The translations under genes and the position numbers were made by a program. Source: Candidatus Saccharimonadota bacterium (GTDB lineage Bacteria > Patescibacteriota > Saccharimonadia > Saccharimonadales > UBA4665). From it: DNA of 32,000 nt. The notes beneath the pieces were generated by a model, which did no database searches, was not told where the DNA came from, and saw only the letters and a list, made by a program, of their open reading frames with translations. The stretch's first letter is position 1. Each line of letters opens with the position of its first letter. The DNA is taken from positions 450,001-482,000 of the forward strand of contig CP065016.1 of the NCBI GenBank assembly GCA_016700375.1, given 5' to 3'. Of this stretch, positions 7,341-16,395 are shown one piece after another.

Positions 7341-8246
7341 TTACCGGTAGTACACCCTGCCAAGTACACGCATATCCACGTACTCACGCGGTAGCTGTGG
7401 GGCGGTAATCTTACGCAGGGCAGCCACAGCTCCCCCGCTCTGTTGCAGCGCATCTGCCTGAAGATTAAATCGTAGATAGTACGGTTTCGCGATAAGGCGT
7501 ATCCGCAGTTCGTACGGGGCGTCTGATGGGAGTTCTACTTTTGCAACCGCCATACCAGCTTGGTTTAACTGATAGCTCACCGTCTTCGCAAACGAAACAG
7601 TTGAGGCGGGTAAAAACTGCTTGCCAATAGCGGGTTGTCGCCGGCCTAATTCACTCAGCGTCGTAAGCCCATCTTGGGGAGCAGAAAGCTTTGCCAGTAC
7701 GTATCCGGTGTCTGCCATAGTGTATAGACCATTCGGTGATTCAATCACAAAAGAGGCGCGCAGCGGCTTCACATATACAACGGGGCGATTCCCAACAAGC
7801 GGTACCGTTACGACCACACTAGAAAGCTCGGGGAATTTCCTTTGCAAGTCGCGGGCAACACCTTTGGTGTTCAGGGTTATTTTGTTCGAGTTTAACAAAC
7901 TGCTTTTCAAAGACTCGTTGACTACCCCGGCGTAGGTGACAGTTGGCAACTCTAACGACTGTTGATTTTCTGTAACAATAATCTTACTATCCCCTGAAAG
8001 TGCCAAGATTTTTACAGCACAAACAACTCCGACGAGTACGCACACGAACAGCATCAAGGTGTACATACGCGACTGAGGCGCACTAGTGGCCGTTTGTGGT
8101 TCACGGGAGTCTCTCCCCCGCTCTGTTGCAGCGGCGGGCCGGCGCTGCCCGTAGTACGAATACAGCGGACTCCCTTGGGCCTTGGCCGGACGGTCTCTCC
8201 CTGGTATGAGTGGCGTCTTTGGTCTTTTTTTAACGCTCCACCGCAT
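7341..8246 (-). CDS. ftsQ: Cell division protein FtsQ/DivIB-like
   Basis: 301 aa: basic N-terminus, a single TM segment (LMLFVCVLVGVVCAVKILAL), then a POTRA-like region. Sits directly downstream of murG in the dcw cluster. Confidence 0.65.
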   Translation of the reverse strand: MRWSVKKRPKTPLIPGRDRPAKAQGSPLYSYYGQRRPAAATERGRDSREPQTATSAPQSRMYTLMLFVCVLVGVVCAVKILALSGDSKIIVTENQQSLELPTVTYAGVVNESLKSSLLNSNKITLNTKGVARDLQRKFPELSSVVVTVPLVGNRPVVYVKPLRASFVIESPNGLYTMADTGYVLAKLSAPQDGLTTLSELGRRQPAIGKQFLPASTVSFAKTVSYQLNQAGMAVAKVELPSDAPYELRIRLIAKPYYLRFNLQADALQQSGGAVAALRKITAPQLPREYVDMRVLGRVYYR

Positions 8247-8253
8247 AGTAGTC

Positions 8254-9414
8254 CTATCGTTCCTGCCCAGTTCGTAGCACTAGAGCCGCCAGCTCCGAAG
8301 CGGCCTGCGGATGCGCTAGTTTGCCAATTTCACGGGCAAGCCGCTCACGTTCAGCCGGGTCTTCCAGAAGTGCCGCAAGCGCACGACCAAGCCGCTCGGG
8401 CTGCTCGGCTTGTTCTTCGCTCAGCTCCATAACAGCTCTTTGTGCAGCAAGTACGTGGCTGTTTTTTACATTCCAACCCAGCTGCTTCGAGGGAACAAGT
8501 AGACACGCTTTTTGCTGCAACGCAAACTCTGCAATACTGCTCATACCGCCCCGGGCAACAACAATGTCCGCGGCACCGCTGTAACGGTAAAAATCTGACT
8601 CAAAACCATGCACCCGTACGCGCGTGCGAGCCCCGCCAAGCTCGAGCTCATCATAGACAGCACTTGTCTCATCTTCGAGCTCACGACCCGAAAAGTGTAG
8701 AATAACGAGACTAGGAAACGCCGCAAGAAGGAACCGTGCATTCGCAGCAATTGCAGCATTTAACGCCCGAGCGCCATTACCTCCGCCCGTGACCGTAATA
8801 ACCTCATCGTAGCGAGCAATCCCTAGCTCTTTACGGTACTGCCGCTGAAGTTCAGGGGTCACAACGCGGTGATTGTGACCGGTTGGCGTGCCAACTTCAA
8901 CGATTTTTTCTTTTGGATATGGATATAGCTTGGCGGGAAGCGCTACCGCATGCAGCGAAGCCCACCGAGCAATGATGCGGTTTGCTAAGCTCGGGACGCT
9001 ATCAGCATCGTGCGTGATGTACGGAATACCCCGCAACTTTGCCGCCAAGGCAACCGGAACGCTTACAAAGCCACCTCGACTAAAAACTACCGCCGGCTGC
9101 AACTGTTTCAGTATGCGAAAACTTTGGCCTAGGCCATGTAGCGTCCGGAACATGTCACGTACATTCAGCGCCTGAGACTTCACATCGAGCAGCTGACGCC
9201 ATCCTTCACCGCTATAGCGGCGCAATTTTCCCGCCCAAACCGTTCTTACCTCGTCAACCGCTGCGTGTTGCTTTACCACATCGAGCAAAGCATCACCGCG
9301 TTGGCCAATGTAAATAATGCGGCTCTTTGGTGACTGTTTCTTTAGCTCATGGGCGACTGCGAGTACCGGAGCGATATGCCCCCCCGAACCGCCGCCCGTC
9401 AGGACTATGTTCAT
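8254..9414 (-). CDS. murG: UDP-N-acetylglucosamine--lipid I transferase MurG
   Basis: Begins MNIVLTGGGSGGHIAPVLAV (G-loop), with a GT28 C-terminal region. Start chosen at the ATG at 9414. The ORF track extends to 9513. Confidence 0.85.
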   Translation of the reverse strand: MNIVLTGGGSGGHIAPVLAVAHELKKQSPKSRIIYIGQRGDALLDVVKQHAAVDEVRTVWAGKLRRYSGEGWRQLLDVKSQALNVRDMFRTLHGLGQSFRILKQLQPAVVFSRGGFVSVPVALAAKLRGIPYITHDADSVPSLANRIIARWASLHAVALPAKLYPYPKEKIVEVGTPTGHNHRVVTPELQRQYRKELGIARYDEVITVTGGGNGARALNAAIAANARFLLAAFPSLVILHFSGRELEDETSAVYDELELGGARTRVRVHGFESDFYRYSGAADIVVARGGMSSIAEFALQQKACLLVPSKQLGWNVKNSHVLAAQRAVMELSEEQAEQPERLGRALAALLEDPAERERLAREIGKLAHPQAASELAALVLRTGQER

Positions 9415-10603
9415 ATACTTTCCTATCTCGTTGCCTCGTAGCGGTAACGCGGCGGGTCGTAAAGCTGGTGTAGTGTGAAACCTGAAACACCAAGCCAAGC
9501 GCCGCACCGACAAACAAGACGCTCGTACCGCCGTAACTGATGAGCGGCAGCGTAATGCCCTTTAGTGGCAACAATCCTATCATAGCACCTATATTGATAA
9601 TTGCCTGCGTACTGAGCCACGCAAGTACTCCAACAACGACTAGCCTGCTAAACATGTCCGGAGCACGTTCGATAATGAGCCTCAGGCGCGCAAAAAGCGT
9701 CATAAACAGCGCCAGTAGCGCCACAGACCCCAAAAACCCAAACTTCTCTGCGTAAATAGCGAAAATTGAGTCATTCTGGGCTTCGGGCAAATAGCCATAC
9801 GCCTGCACGCTCTTGCCCAGGCCAAGCCCGACCAGACCACCCGAACCAACCGCAATAAGCGCCTGGCATGCCTGATGGCCAGCATCTGTCGAGCAATTTG
9901 CTTCAGGGTGCAAATATGTGTTTAGTCGGTCGCGCCGGTATGGCGTCGAAGCGATTGCCAGAATCGTACCAAGCGCTACAACAGCTCCTATAAGCACAAT
10001 TCTGCGCATAGGCATACCGGCTACAAATGCCATAACAGTCGCCATCACCACAATAACACCGGCGGAGCCAAGGTCGCTCTGCACAAAAGCAACAACAAAC
10101 CCAATAACCCCCACCGCAATGGCAAGCGGCTTTAGTGTTTTACTGTAGTCGCTCATTGCACCCTGTTGCACCCGATGCGCCAAAAATCCGCTTATAGCAA
10201 TAATAAGCGCAAATTTGAGGACTTCGACCGACTGCAACGAAAAGCTGCCAAGACGTATCCAGCGGTGCTGCGGATACGCCGGTATTGCCGGTGTTACGAG
10301 CGCTACCAGCGTTCCCAGTGCCGCCGCACCTAAGAGCCACCATTGCCAGCGCTGCCACTGCGCAAGCGGTATACGAGCAGTAATAAAGAACGCAACTATA
10401 CTGAGCGCTATAGCCACAACTTGATGTGCAACAAAGTTCCCGCCGCGCAGTTCAGACAGTGCCGGGCTAATAGAGTACACCACAATAAGACCCACCGCGA
10501 GCAGGCACGCCACTATGACAAGAAGCCAGTAGTCTGGTCGATGTTTCCGGAGCGCCTCAGCCGTCTGACGGCCTCGGCTAAAGTTCATAAAGCGCTCAGC
10601 CAT
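9347..10603 (-). CDS. ftsW: SEDS-family peptidoglycan polymerase FtsW
   Basis: 418 aa and polytopic. SEDS motif region: GSGGLVGLGLGKSVQAYGYLPEAQNDSIFAIYAEKFGFLG. Confidence 0.85.
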   Translation of the reverse strand: MAERFMNFSRGRQTAEALRKHRPDYWLLVIVACLLAVGLIVVYSISPALSELRGGNFVAHQVVAIALSIVAFFITARIPLAQWQRWQWWLLGAAALGTLVALVTPAIPAYPQHRWIRLGSFSLQSVEVLKFALIIAISGFLAHRVQQGAMSDYSKTLKPLAIAVGVIGFVVAFVQSDLGSAGVIVVMATVMAFVAGMPMRRIVLIGAVVALGTILAIASTPYRRDRLNTYLHPEANCSTDAGHQACQALIAVGSGGLVGLGLGKSVQAYGYLPEAQNDSIFAIYAEKFGFLGSVALLALFMTLFARLRLIIERAPDMFSRLVVVGVLAWLSTQAIINIGAMIGLLPLKGITLPLISYGGTSVLFVGAALGLVFQVSHYTSFTTRRVTATRQRDRKVYEHSPDGRRFGGAYRSGTRSRP

Positions 10604-10642
10604 TTCGAACGCCTCTTAACCTACTTGCACTTTTTATTCCAT

Positions 10643-10718
10643 TGTCATCCCGACCGAAGTGGAGGGATCCCGTTAGATGCAAATACGATGAGATCTTTCG
10701 ACTTCGCTCAAGATGACA
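10643..10718. repeat. Imperfect 27-bp inverted repeat element
   Basis: TGTCATCCCGACCGAAGTGGAGGGATC (10643-10669), 22-nt spacer, GATCTTTCGACTTCGCTCAAGATGACA (10692-10718). It lies in the 233-bp ftsW-mraY gap. Confidence 0.7.
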
Positions 10719-10836
10719 CCCAAATGCACGTGGGCCAGAGACGCCTCGCCTCGCTTGGGTAGCTTGCAGATGAAAATTGTGTTGATTTAGTATTGTTTTC
10801 ATATTTATTTTTCGTGTCGGCAACAAATGCTAGCGC

Positions 10837-11889
10837 TTACCCGTATCGCCCCATAACAAATAGCGCCAGTCCAATAAACGCAGCAACCTGTCCAATAACC
10901 CAAAATCGCATGGTAACTTTTGCTTCCGGCCAACCAATAGCTTCAAAATGGTGGTGAATAGGCGCAATCCGAAATATTTTTTTGCCATTTCGCAGCTTTT
11001 TCGAGGTAACTTGCAGTATGACCGACCCTGCTTCTGCTACAAATACAAACCCAATTATGGGCAACAGCAGCACGGTATCGGTATACATAGCCACCACACC
11101 AAGCGCCGTACCGAGTGCAAACGAGCCAACATCCCCCATAAAGAAACGCGCCGGAAACACATTGAACCACGTGTAGCTCATAAGCGCACCGACCATGGCC
11201 GCGCAGAAACCGGCTATACCGTATTTATGCTCTAACACCGCTATGACGGTGTAGCACGCAAATGCAATTGTTGTCAGACCGCCCGCCAGCCCATCAAGCC
11301 CATCGCTAATGTTCACCGCATTTGCCGTCGCCACCACCACGAAGGTAAACAGCGGAATAATCCACCAGCCAATGGTCAGTGACGTTTGGTGGAGGCCGGG
11401 TAGCTGAATGCTGTTGAACCCGAGTTTATAGTAGAAATACCAACCGCCCGCAGCCGCAACAATCGTAATAAGGAGCATTTTTAACCGTGATGGTAGACCC
11501 GCCTTCCCTGTACCGTCGCCGCGGAGGTTAATGACGTCATCGACAAACCCAATCAGCGCTGCCCCAACAAACGCCGCCAGCGGCAACCACGTTTCTGCTC
11601 GCGACCAGTTTGCGCTGAGCGTCAAAACAGCAACCGTAATAATGAATATTATCCCCGCCATGGTAGGTATATGCCGCTTATGTTTTTCGCCGTGCAGCTT
11701 CATGAACACGGTGGCCTTGGCGCCGGTTACCGTCTCGGTCCGCGGCTTTTTCCATAGTTTCCAGCGGTAAGCAACCGTTGTGTACAGCGGTGTCAGCGCC
11801 ATCGACAGCAAAAATCCTCCTACGCCCAGCAGTAAAATTTTGAGCAAACTTGAGCCTTGTAGGGTTGTAGACAACACTTGTGTATCCAT
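10837..11889 (-). CDS. mraY: Phospho-N-acetylmuramoyl-pentapeptide transferase MraY
   Basis: 350 aa and polytopic. Motifs NAVNISDGLDGLAGG and PIHHHFE. Confidence 0.9.
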   Translation of the reverse strand: MDTQVLSTTLQGSSLLKILLLGVGGFLLSMALTPLYTTVAYRWKLWKKPRTETVTGAKATVFMKLHGEKHKRHIPTMAGIIFIITVAVLTLSANWSRAETWLPLAAFVGAALIGFVDDVINLRGDGTGKAGLPSRLKMLLITIVAAAGGWYFYYKLGFNSIQLPGLHQTSLTIGWWIIPLFTFVVVATANAVNISDGLDGLAGGLTTIAFACYTVIAVLEHKYGIAGFCAAMVGALMSYTWFNVFPARFFMGDVGSFALGTALGVVAMYTDTVLLLPIIGFVFVAEAGSVILQVTSKKLRNGKKIFRIAPIHHHFEAIGWPEAKVTMRFWVIGQVAAFIGLALFVMGRYG

Positions 11890-11950
11890 GGCGTTATTCG
11901 TTTCCTTCTGGTTTTTGTACAGTATAGCGCATTATATTCTTTCGGTCACC

Positions 11951-13729
11951 TTAGGACTTCTTTGGTTTTACATCATAGTTATTAATAAGCATGTGAGCAA
12001 TTTCCGCAAATACTGGCTGGCCCGTTTGAGCACCGGCAAAACCGCCGTAGCCACGGGGCTCAATGTTATACACCACTATCGTGTACTGAGGCGTATCACC
12101 CCCTACATAGCCCAAGAACGTACCATTGAAGGCGTCCTCGCGGTACAGCCCAGTTTTTTCATCTGTTATTTGTGCGGTGCCGGTTTTGCCCCCTACGCTA
12201 TACCGACTGTCAAACCGCATGTACGGAAAGCCACCGGTGTGAGCTTCGGTCACGTAATCGAGTAATTCCACCATACTACGGCTTGTCTTTTCAGAGACGA
12301 CACCGCGCTGCAGTACAACTGGTTTTTTTATCGTGACGTTGCCACTGGCATCGCTCGTTTCCGCGACCAGCCGTGGTTGATAGTATGTGCCGCCGTTTAC
12401 AACCGCGCTGAGCGCACCCGCCATTTGCAGCGCAGAGGCTGAGTAGGCCTGGCCAAATGACATGTTGGCATAGGTGATGTTTATACCGTTGTCTTTATCT
12501 TCTGGGGCAGGCACAAACCCAGAACCCTCGTACCCCTGCTCTATACCAGTTGTTTTGGCAAGCCTATAGTGGTTGACGAAATAATCATGAAGCTTTGTAC
12601 GACCCCCATCGTTCAGCTTACCGCCGCCCATTTGCATCAGCGTCCAGGTTGCGCCCGTGTTCAGCGATAAGTTTAGCAGGCTTTTTATACTCTGCGTTCC
12701 AGAGCCAGTACCCTCGGCCACATTCAGCACTTTTGCGCCGTCTATGGTCCACTTGCCCGGGTCATAATACGATGTGTCTTTTGTGATAACCCCGGTGTCT
12801 ATTCCGGCGGCAACGGTTAGCACTTTCGTAATGGAACCGGGCTCAATCGGTGTAGCAACGCTGTAATTCTGAAATACCGTTCCATCTTCAACCGTTTGGT
12901 AATTTGCAGGGTCAAATGTGGGGTAGTTCGCCATTGCTTTTACCGCACCCGTGTTTGTTTCCATAACAATGGCACTCACGTTTTTAGAACGGAATTTTTC
13001 TTGCGCTGCTTTCACTATATTTTCTACTTGCGCCTGCATGCCCATATCGAGCGTCAGCGTCACGTTCTTGCCCGCTACTGGTTGAATGAGAAGGTTTTCG
13101 CTGCTTGCCGCCAGGGGCACGCCATTTACATCGGTGATTGCTTTCAGGCGACCTTTTTTTCCACCTAACGTCGCGTCTAGCGATTCCTCTAGGCCGTACT
13201 TGCCCTCTCCGTCGTTATTCACAAAGCCAACCACCTGTGCTGCCATACTACCTTGCGGGTACACCCGGTAGTTCATCTGTTGCGAAGCAATGCCTGGATA
13301 TTGGAACGCCAAAATCTTCTTGTTTACTTCCGCACTCACCCGACGTTGCAACACAACGTACTTTGTTTTTTTGGTTCGGAGCTTCTCTTCCACCGACGAA
13401 GCGTCTTCGTTCAGCAGCGGCGCAATCGCCTTGGCAGTTTCAGCCGGTTTTTTGATAATACTGGGGTCGGCAAAAATGGTGTATCGTTTCTGGTTGAGCA
13501 CCAGAGGAATAGTTTTCCCGTTTAGTTGAGCATACATGGCACCACGCTCGGGGAGCACATCATACTCGCGAACTTGGTCGCTTAGTGCCAGTGATTTGTA
13601 GTGGTCGTACCGAATAACTTGTGTATAAAAAAGCCGTACGGCAAATACCGCAAAGACAACGACGAGCAGCGCATACCACAATCGGGTGCGCTGAATAGGG
13701 TCAGACTCATAACCACGTTTCGTGTCCAT
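11951..13729 (-). CDS. ftsI: Class B penicillin-binding protein (FtsI/PBP2-type transpeptidase)
   Basis: 592 aa with an N-terminal TM anchor. Transpeptidase triad SITK, SLN and KTGT. Confidence 0.85.
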   Translation of the reverse strand: MDTKRGYESDPIQRTRLWYALLVVVFAVFAVRLFYTQVIRYDHYKSLALSDQVREYDVLPERGAMYAQLNGKTIPLVLNQKRYTIFADPSIIKKPAETAKAIAPLLNEDASSVEEKLRTKKTKYVVLQRRVSAEVNKKILAFQYPGIASQQMNYRVYPQGSMAAQVVGFVNNDGEGKYGLEESLDATLGGKKGRLKAITDVNGVPLAASSENLLIQPVAGKNVTLTLDMGMQAQVENIVKAAQEKFRSKNVSAIVMETNTGAVKAMANYPTFDPANYQTVEDGTVFQNYSVATPIEPGSITKVLTVAAGIDTGVITKDTSYYDPGKWTIDGAKVLNVAEGTGSGTQSIKSLLNLSLNTGATWTLMQMGGGKLNDGGRTKLHDYFVNHYRLAKTTGIEQGYEGSGFVPAPEDKDNGINITYANMSFGQAYSASALQMAGALSAVVNGGTYYQPRLVAETSDASGNVTIKKPVVLQRGVVSEKTSRSMVELLDYVTEAHTGGFPYMRFDSRYSVGGKTGTAQITDEKTGLYREDAFNGTFLGYVGGDTPQYTIVVYNIEPRGYGGFAGAQTGQPVFAEIAHMLINNYDVKPKKS

Positions 13730-13750
13730 TGTTTCCTACGGCCGTTCCGT

Positions 13751-14095
13751 CTATTCTACCGTTCCACTTGGGGCAACTGCAACCAGTGACTTCGCCTCAG
13801 ATGAATTCTTAACCGTGTCAAGTGATTGCAACCGCGCGGAAGCAGCTGCCAGGTCATCGCGCTCATTTTGGAGCGCAGTATGCTCAACTTGTAGTTTGTT
13901 CATGGAGTACCCATACGCGTTTGTTTTTGTCACCTGCGTCAGATACAACAGCCCAAGTAAACAGGCCAGCACAATGAGCACAATAGTGTTGCTGACTGGT
14001 CCGAGCCGTCTACTCGCAGGCCGAAACGTGACCGAATTTTGCCCGCGTACAGCGAGCTGTTGGCGTCCAAGCGCCAGACTTGATGAATATGTCAT
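13751..14095 (-). CDS. ftsL: FtsL-like septal protein
   Basis: 114 aa: a single TM segment (IVLIVLACLLGLLYL) followed by a short coiled-coil-like segment. Canonical position between rsmH and ftsI. Confidence 0.55.
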   Translation of the reverse strand: MTYSSSLALGRQQLAVRGQNSVTFRPASRRLGPVSNTIVLIVLACLLGLLYLTQVTKTNAYGYSMNKLQVEHTALQNERDDLAAASARLQSLDTVKNSSEAKSLVAVAPSGTVE

Positions 14096-14143
14096 ATGTT
14101 TGTTTTTTTGTTTGTTCGAGCTACAGTGAACCCAAACTTGGTT

Positions 14144-14170
14144 GCCAGCGGAGCGGTTTGCTCCGCTGGC
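14144..14170. other. Perfect 11-bp GC-rich stem-loop between rsmH and ftsL
   Basis: GCCAGCGGAGC-GGTTT-GCTCCGCTGGC. No U-tract follows on either strand. Confidence 0.6.
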
Positions 14171-14263
14171 GTTTGCCCCTACCGACCCACTTTAACGTGG
14201 ACTTTGTAGGTCCGGGAGCTACTTTTTACCCGTATTGGCATGTGAGTTCCCTTTCTTTTTTGT

Positions 14264-15136
14264 TTATTTTCGCTGCAAGACGCGAAGCTTAGCGCTTCGT
14301 GCTCGCGGATTAGAAACTGTTTCAGTGTCGTCGGCCACGACTGGATGTTTGGTCAACAAGCGGTAGTCTGCGTCGTAGCGGTCACCTGCCACATCGGCAA
14401 ATGCCTGCTTGACTATGCGGTCTTCAAGACTATGGAAGCTAATAACACCGAGTCTACCGCCTGGCTTCAATAGCTGAAACCACATAGGCAAACTGCGCTC
14501 GAGCTGTCCAAGCTCATCGTTTACCGCAATCCGTATCGCCTGAAAGCTTCGTGTTGCCGGGTGAACCTTACTTCCCCTCGGCATTACGTGCGCAATGGCT
14601 TCTGCTAGCGCAGTCGTCGTCGAAAACGGACGATTATTCACTATGGCGGCCGCAATCGTTCGAGCCCGCGGCTCCTCACCATACCGGCGAAGAATCCCCT
14701 CTAGCTCGACTTGGCTATACGTATTTACAACTGTTGCCGCTGTCAGCTCTGCGCGCTGGTCCATCCGCATATCAAGCGGACCGGTTGAGCGAAACGCAAA
14801 GCCCCGAGACGACGTGTCAAGGTGCAGCGACGATACGCCCAAATCCGCCAGTATCATATCGAAGCGTTCGCCCCCACTCTGTAGTGTGGCTGATGCCTCT
14901 TCGAAACTGGCATGCAATACTGTTGCACCCTGTCTCTCGAACGACGTGAGCGCGTTCACCGCAGTCTCGTCGCGATCGACCAGCGTCATCTGTGATGGCG
15001 CTTGGGTATGTTCCAGCACCGCTCCTGCGTGTCCGCCGTAGCCCGCCGTCAGGTCGAGGTAAGAGTTCCCTCGTTCTGGCGCAAGATACGTCAGCACCGC
15101 CCCGAGCAGTACGGGCTTGTGTATTGTTTGATGCAT
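14264..15136 (-). CDS. rsmH: 16S rRNA (cytosine1402-N4)-methyltransferase RsmH
   Basis: Motifs HKPVLL, DLTAGYGGHA, DLGVSS and ISFHSLEDRIVK. Start set at the ATG at 15136 (MHQTIHKPVLL). The ORF track extends to 15226 through an AT-rich low-complexity stretch. Confidence 0.85.
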   Translation of the reverse strand: MHQTIHKPVLLGAVLTYLAPERGNSYLDLTAGYGGHAGAVLEHTQAPSQMTLVDRDETAVNALTSFERQGATVLHASFEEASATLQSGGERFDMILADLGVSSLHLDTSSRGFAFRSTGPLDMRMDQRAELTAATVVNTYSQVELEGILRRYGEEPRARTIAAAIVNNRPFSTTTALAEAIAHVMPRGSKVHPATRSFQAIRIAVNDELGQLERSLPMWFQLLKPGGRLGVISFHSLEDRIVKQAFADVAGDRYDADYRLLTKHPVVADDTETVSNPRARSAKLRVLQRK

Positions 15137-15524
15137 AGTGCATGTCGCAACTTTGTTTTTATATTTGTATTTGTTTTGGTGATTTTTGTTTTTTTGGAGT
15201 AATTGGTTCCGGTTAGATTCGTACATCTATCCGTCCATCCGACTACCCGACTATTTATCACCTATTCAGCAGCCAACTTTTTGTTTTGTATCTAGTTTTT
15301 GTTTTTGTTGGTGTTCTTGGTCCGTATGTAAGGAAGCTTATAGTTTAGTAAGATTTCAAAAATCTTGTAATGCTTCCGACTTCCCAAGAACAAAGTGAGA
15401 GACTTATGTGTGAGGTGGAGTTTTGGGAGGTGTTTTATGGAAAGAACGAGGGCTTTTTTATGCAGTGGTGCCTTATGAATATCCACTGGTTGACTGCCGA
15501 ATAGGTGACACTAACGCTTCGCGG

Positions 15525-15650
15525 TAATGAGACACCCCTTCGGGGTTTCTCATCGTGCGGGGTCGCGGAATAAATCCGCCGACTCCGACTGCTCTTCCCC
15601 GTCCGTAGACGGTTCTTTGCATCGAAGGTTAGACTCATTCGTGTTTGCAT
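15525..15650 (+). repeat. Single copy related to the 113-bp tandem-repeat unit (hairpin-rich element)
   Basis: Same order of parts as the 1709-2064 unit. GC-rich hairpin GAGACACCCC-TTCG-GGGGTTTCTC. Second hairpin with apex CGGAATAAATCCG (unit: CGGAATGAATCCG). CT-rich tract. Box CTCATTCGTGT (unit: CTCGTTCGTGT). Confidence 0.45.
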
Positions 15651-15729
15651 GATTCATGATTCATTCTTCATGATTCTTGCGCTTTAGGTTGTTAAGGTTT
15701 TTTCAAATGAGCCAGGTCTCTATGCCTGC

Positions 15730-16089
15730 TCACGCTGCCAGAATGCGCCAATAATTTCCGACACTTACTGCGGTGACATCTTTTTTGATGCCGGCATAGT
15801 CAAGTAAGTGCTGCTCAAGCGTTATCCGCCCCTGTTTGCCATCGAGTGATTGCTCTACCTTGCCCATGCGGAATTGCACGTTCAGGTCAGCGATACGCTC
15901 GTCTAGGATGTCTCCGGCCAGCCGAGGCTCAACCATCGTATCCCAGACCCCTTTCGGGTACAGGTGCAGATACTGTCCAAATCCACGGGTAATGACCGCT
16001 CCACCGGCAAATGTTTCGCGAAGTTCGGTCGGTATGGTTAACCGCCGTTTATCGTCGAGTTTGCGCTGGAAGTAATCCACCTGTGTCAT
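15730..16089 (-). CDS. mraZ: Transcriptional regulator MraZ
   Basis: Two MraZ-type repeats, LDDKRRLTIPTELRE and LDGKQGRITLEQHLLDYAGI. First gene of the dcw cluster. Start set at the ATG at 16089; the ORF track extends to 16167. Confidence 0.8.
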   Translation of the reverse strand: MTQVDYFQRKLDDKRRLTIPTELRETFAGGAVITRGFGQYLHLYPKGVWDTMVEPRLAGDILDERIADLNVQFRMGKVEQSLDGKQGRITLEQHLLDYAGIKKDVTAVSVGNYWRILAA

Positions 16090-16284
16090 ATGATTATTTT
16101 TTAAGTGTGCGGTGAGTTTTTTGTTTTTCTCTTTCCTCCGGAGCTTCCCCTTCTCAGCAGTCTGCAATCAGATTATTGAGATGGGTGTCGCGTAGGAGGA
16201 TTTTTTGCCGAAAAGTTCTTCGAGAGAATTCTTTTGGCGACTTGAGAGGTAGTTCGCCGTTCTTTTACGCGGGTTACCTACTTT

Positions 16285-16325
16285 TACCCACTGCTAACAG
16301 TCTACTACCCACTGTCACCCACTAC
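16285..16325 (-). promoter_or_regulatory. Three GTGGG direct repeats upstream of mraZ (candidate MraZ operator)
   Basis: On the + strand, CCCAC at 16287-16291, 16308-16312 and 16318-16322 (spacing 21 and 10 bp) within TACCCACTG / TACCCACTG / TCACCCACTA. This reads as GTGGG on the mraZ strand. Confidence 0.5.
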
Positions 16326-16340
16326 AATACACATAATGCG

Positions 16341-16368
16341 AAAAAAGTGGTGCTTTTTACACCACTTC
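16341..16368 (-). terminator. Intrinsic terminator after ORF 16396-17037
   Basis: On the minus strand: AAGTGGTG-TAAAAAG-CACCACTT followed by TTTTTT. Confidence 0.65.
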
Positions 16369-16395
16369 CCCACAGTCTAGCTAACGGTCTTCTGT

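Noticed and set aside
9347-9414. 68-nt overlap between the ftsW 3-prime end and the murG start, as a possible frameshift or annotation problem
   Set aside because: Both reading frames are intact with standard stops. The murG start is well supported by the MNIVLTGGGSGGH N-terminus. A long basic FtsW tail overlapping the next gene is plausible in a compact genome.
10343-10762. 139-aa + strand ORF spanning the ftsW start and the ftsW-mraY gap
   Set aside because: It is antisense to ftsW for half its length. The remainder is the translation of the inverted-repeat element (HPDRSGGI...SFDFAQDDT), so it is a repeat artefact rather than a gene.
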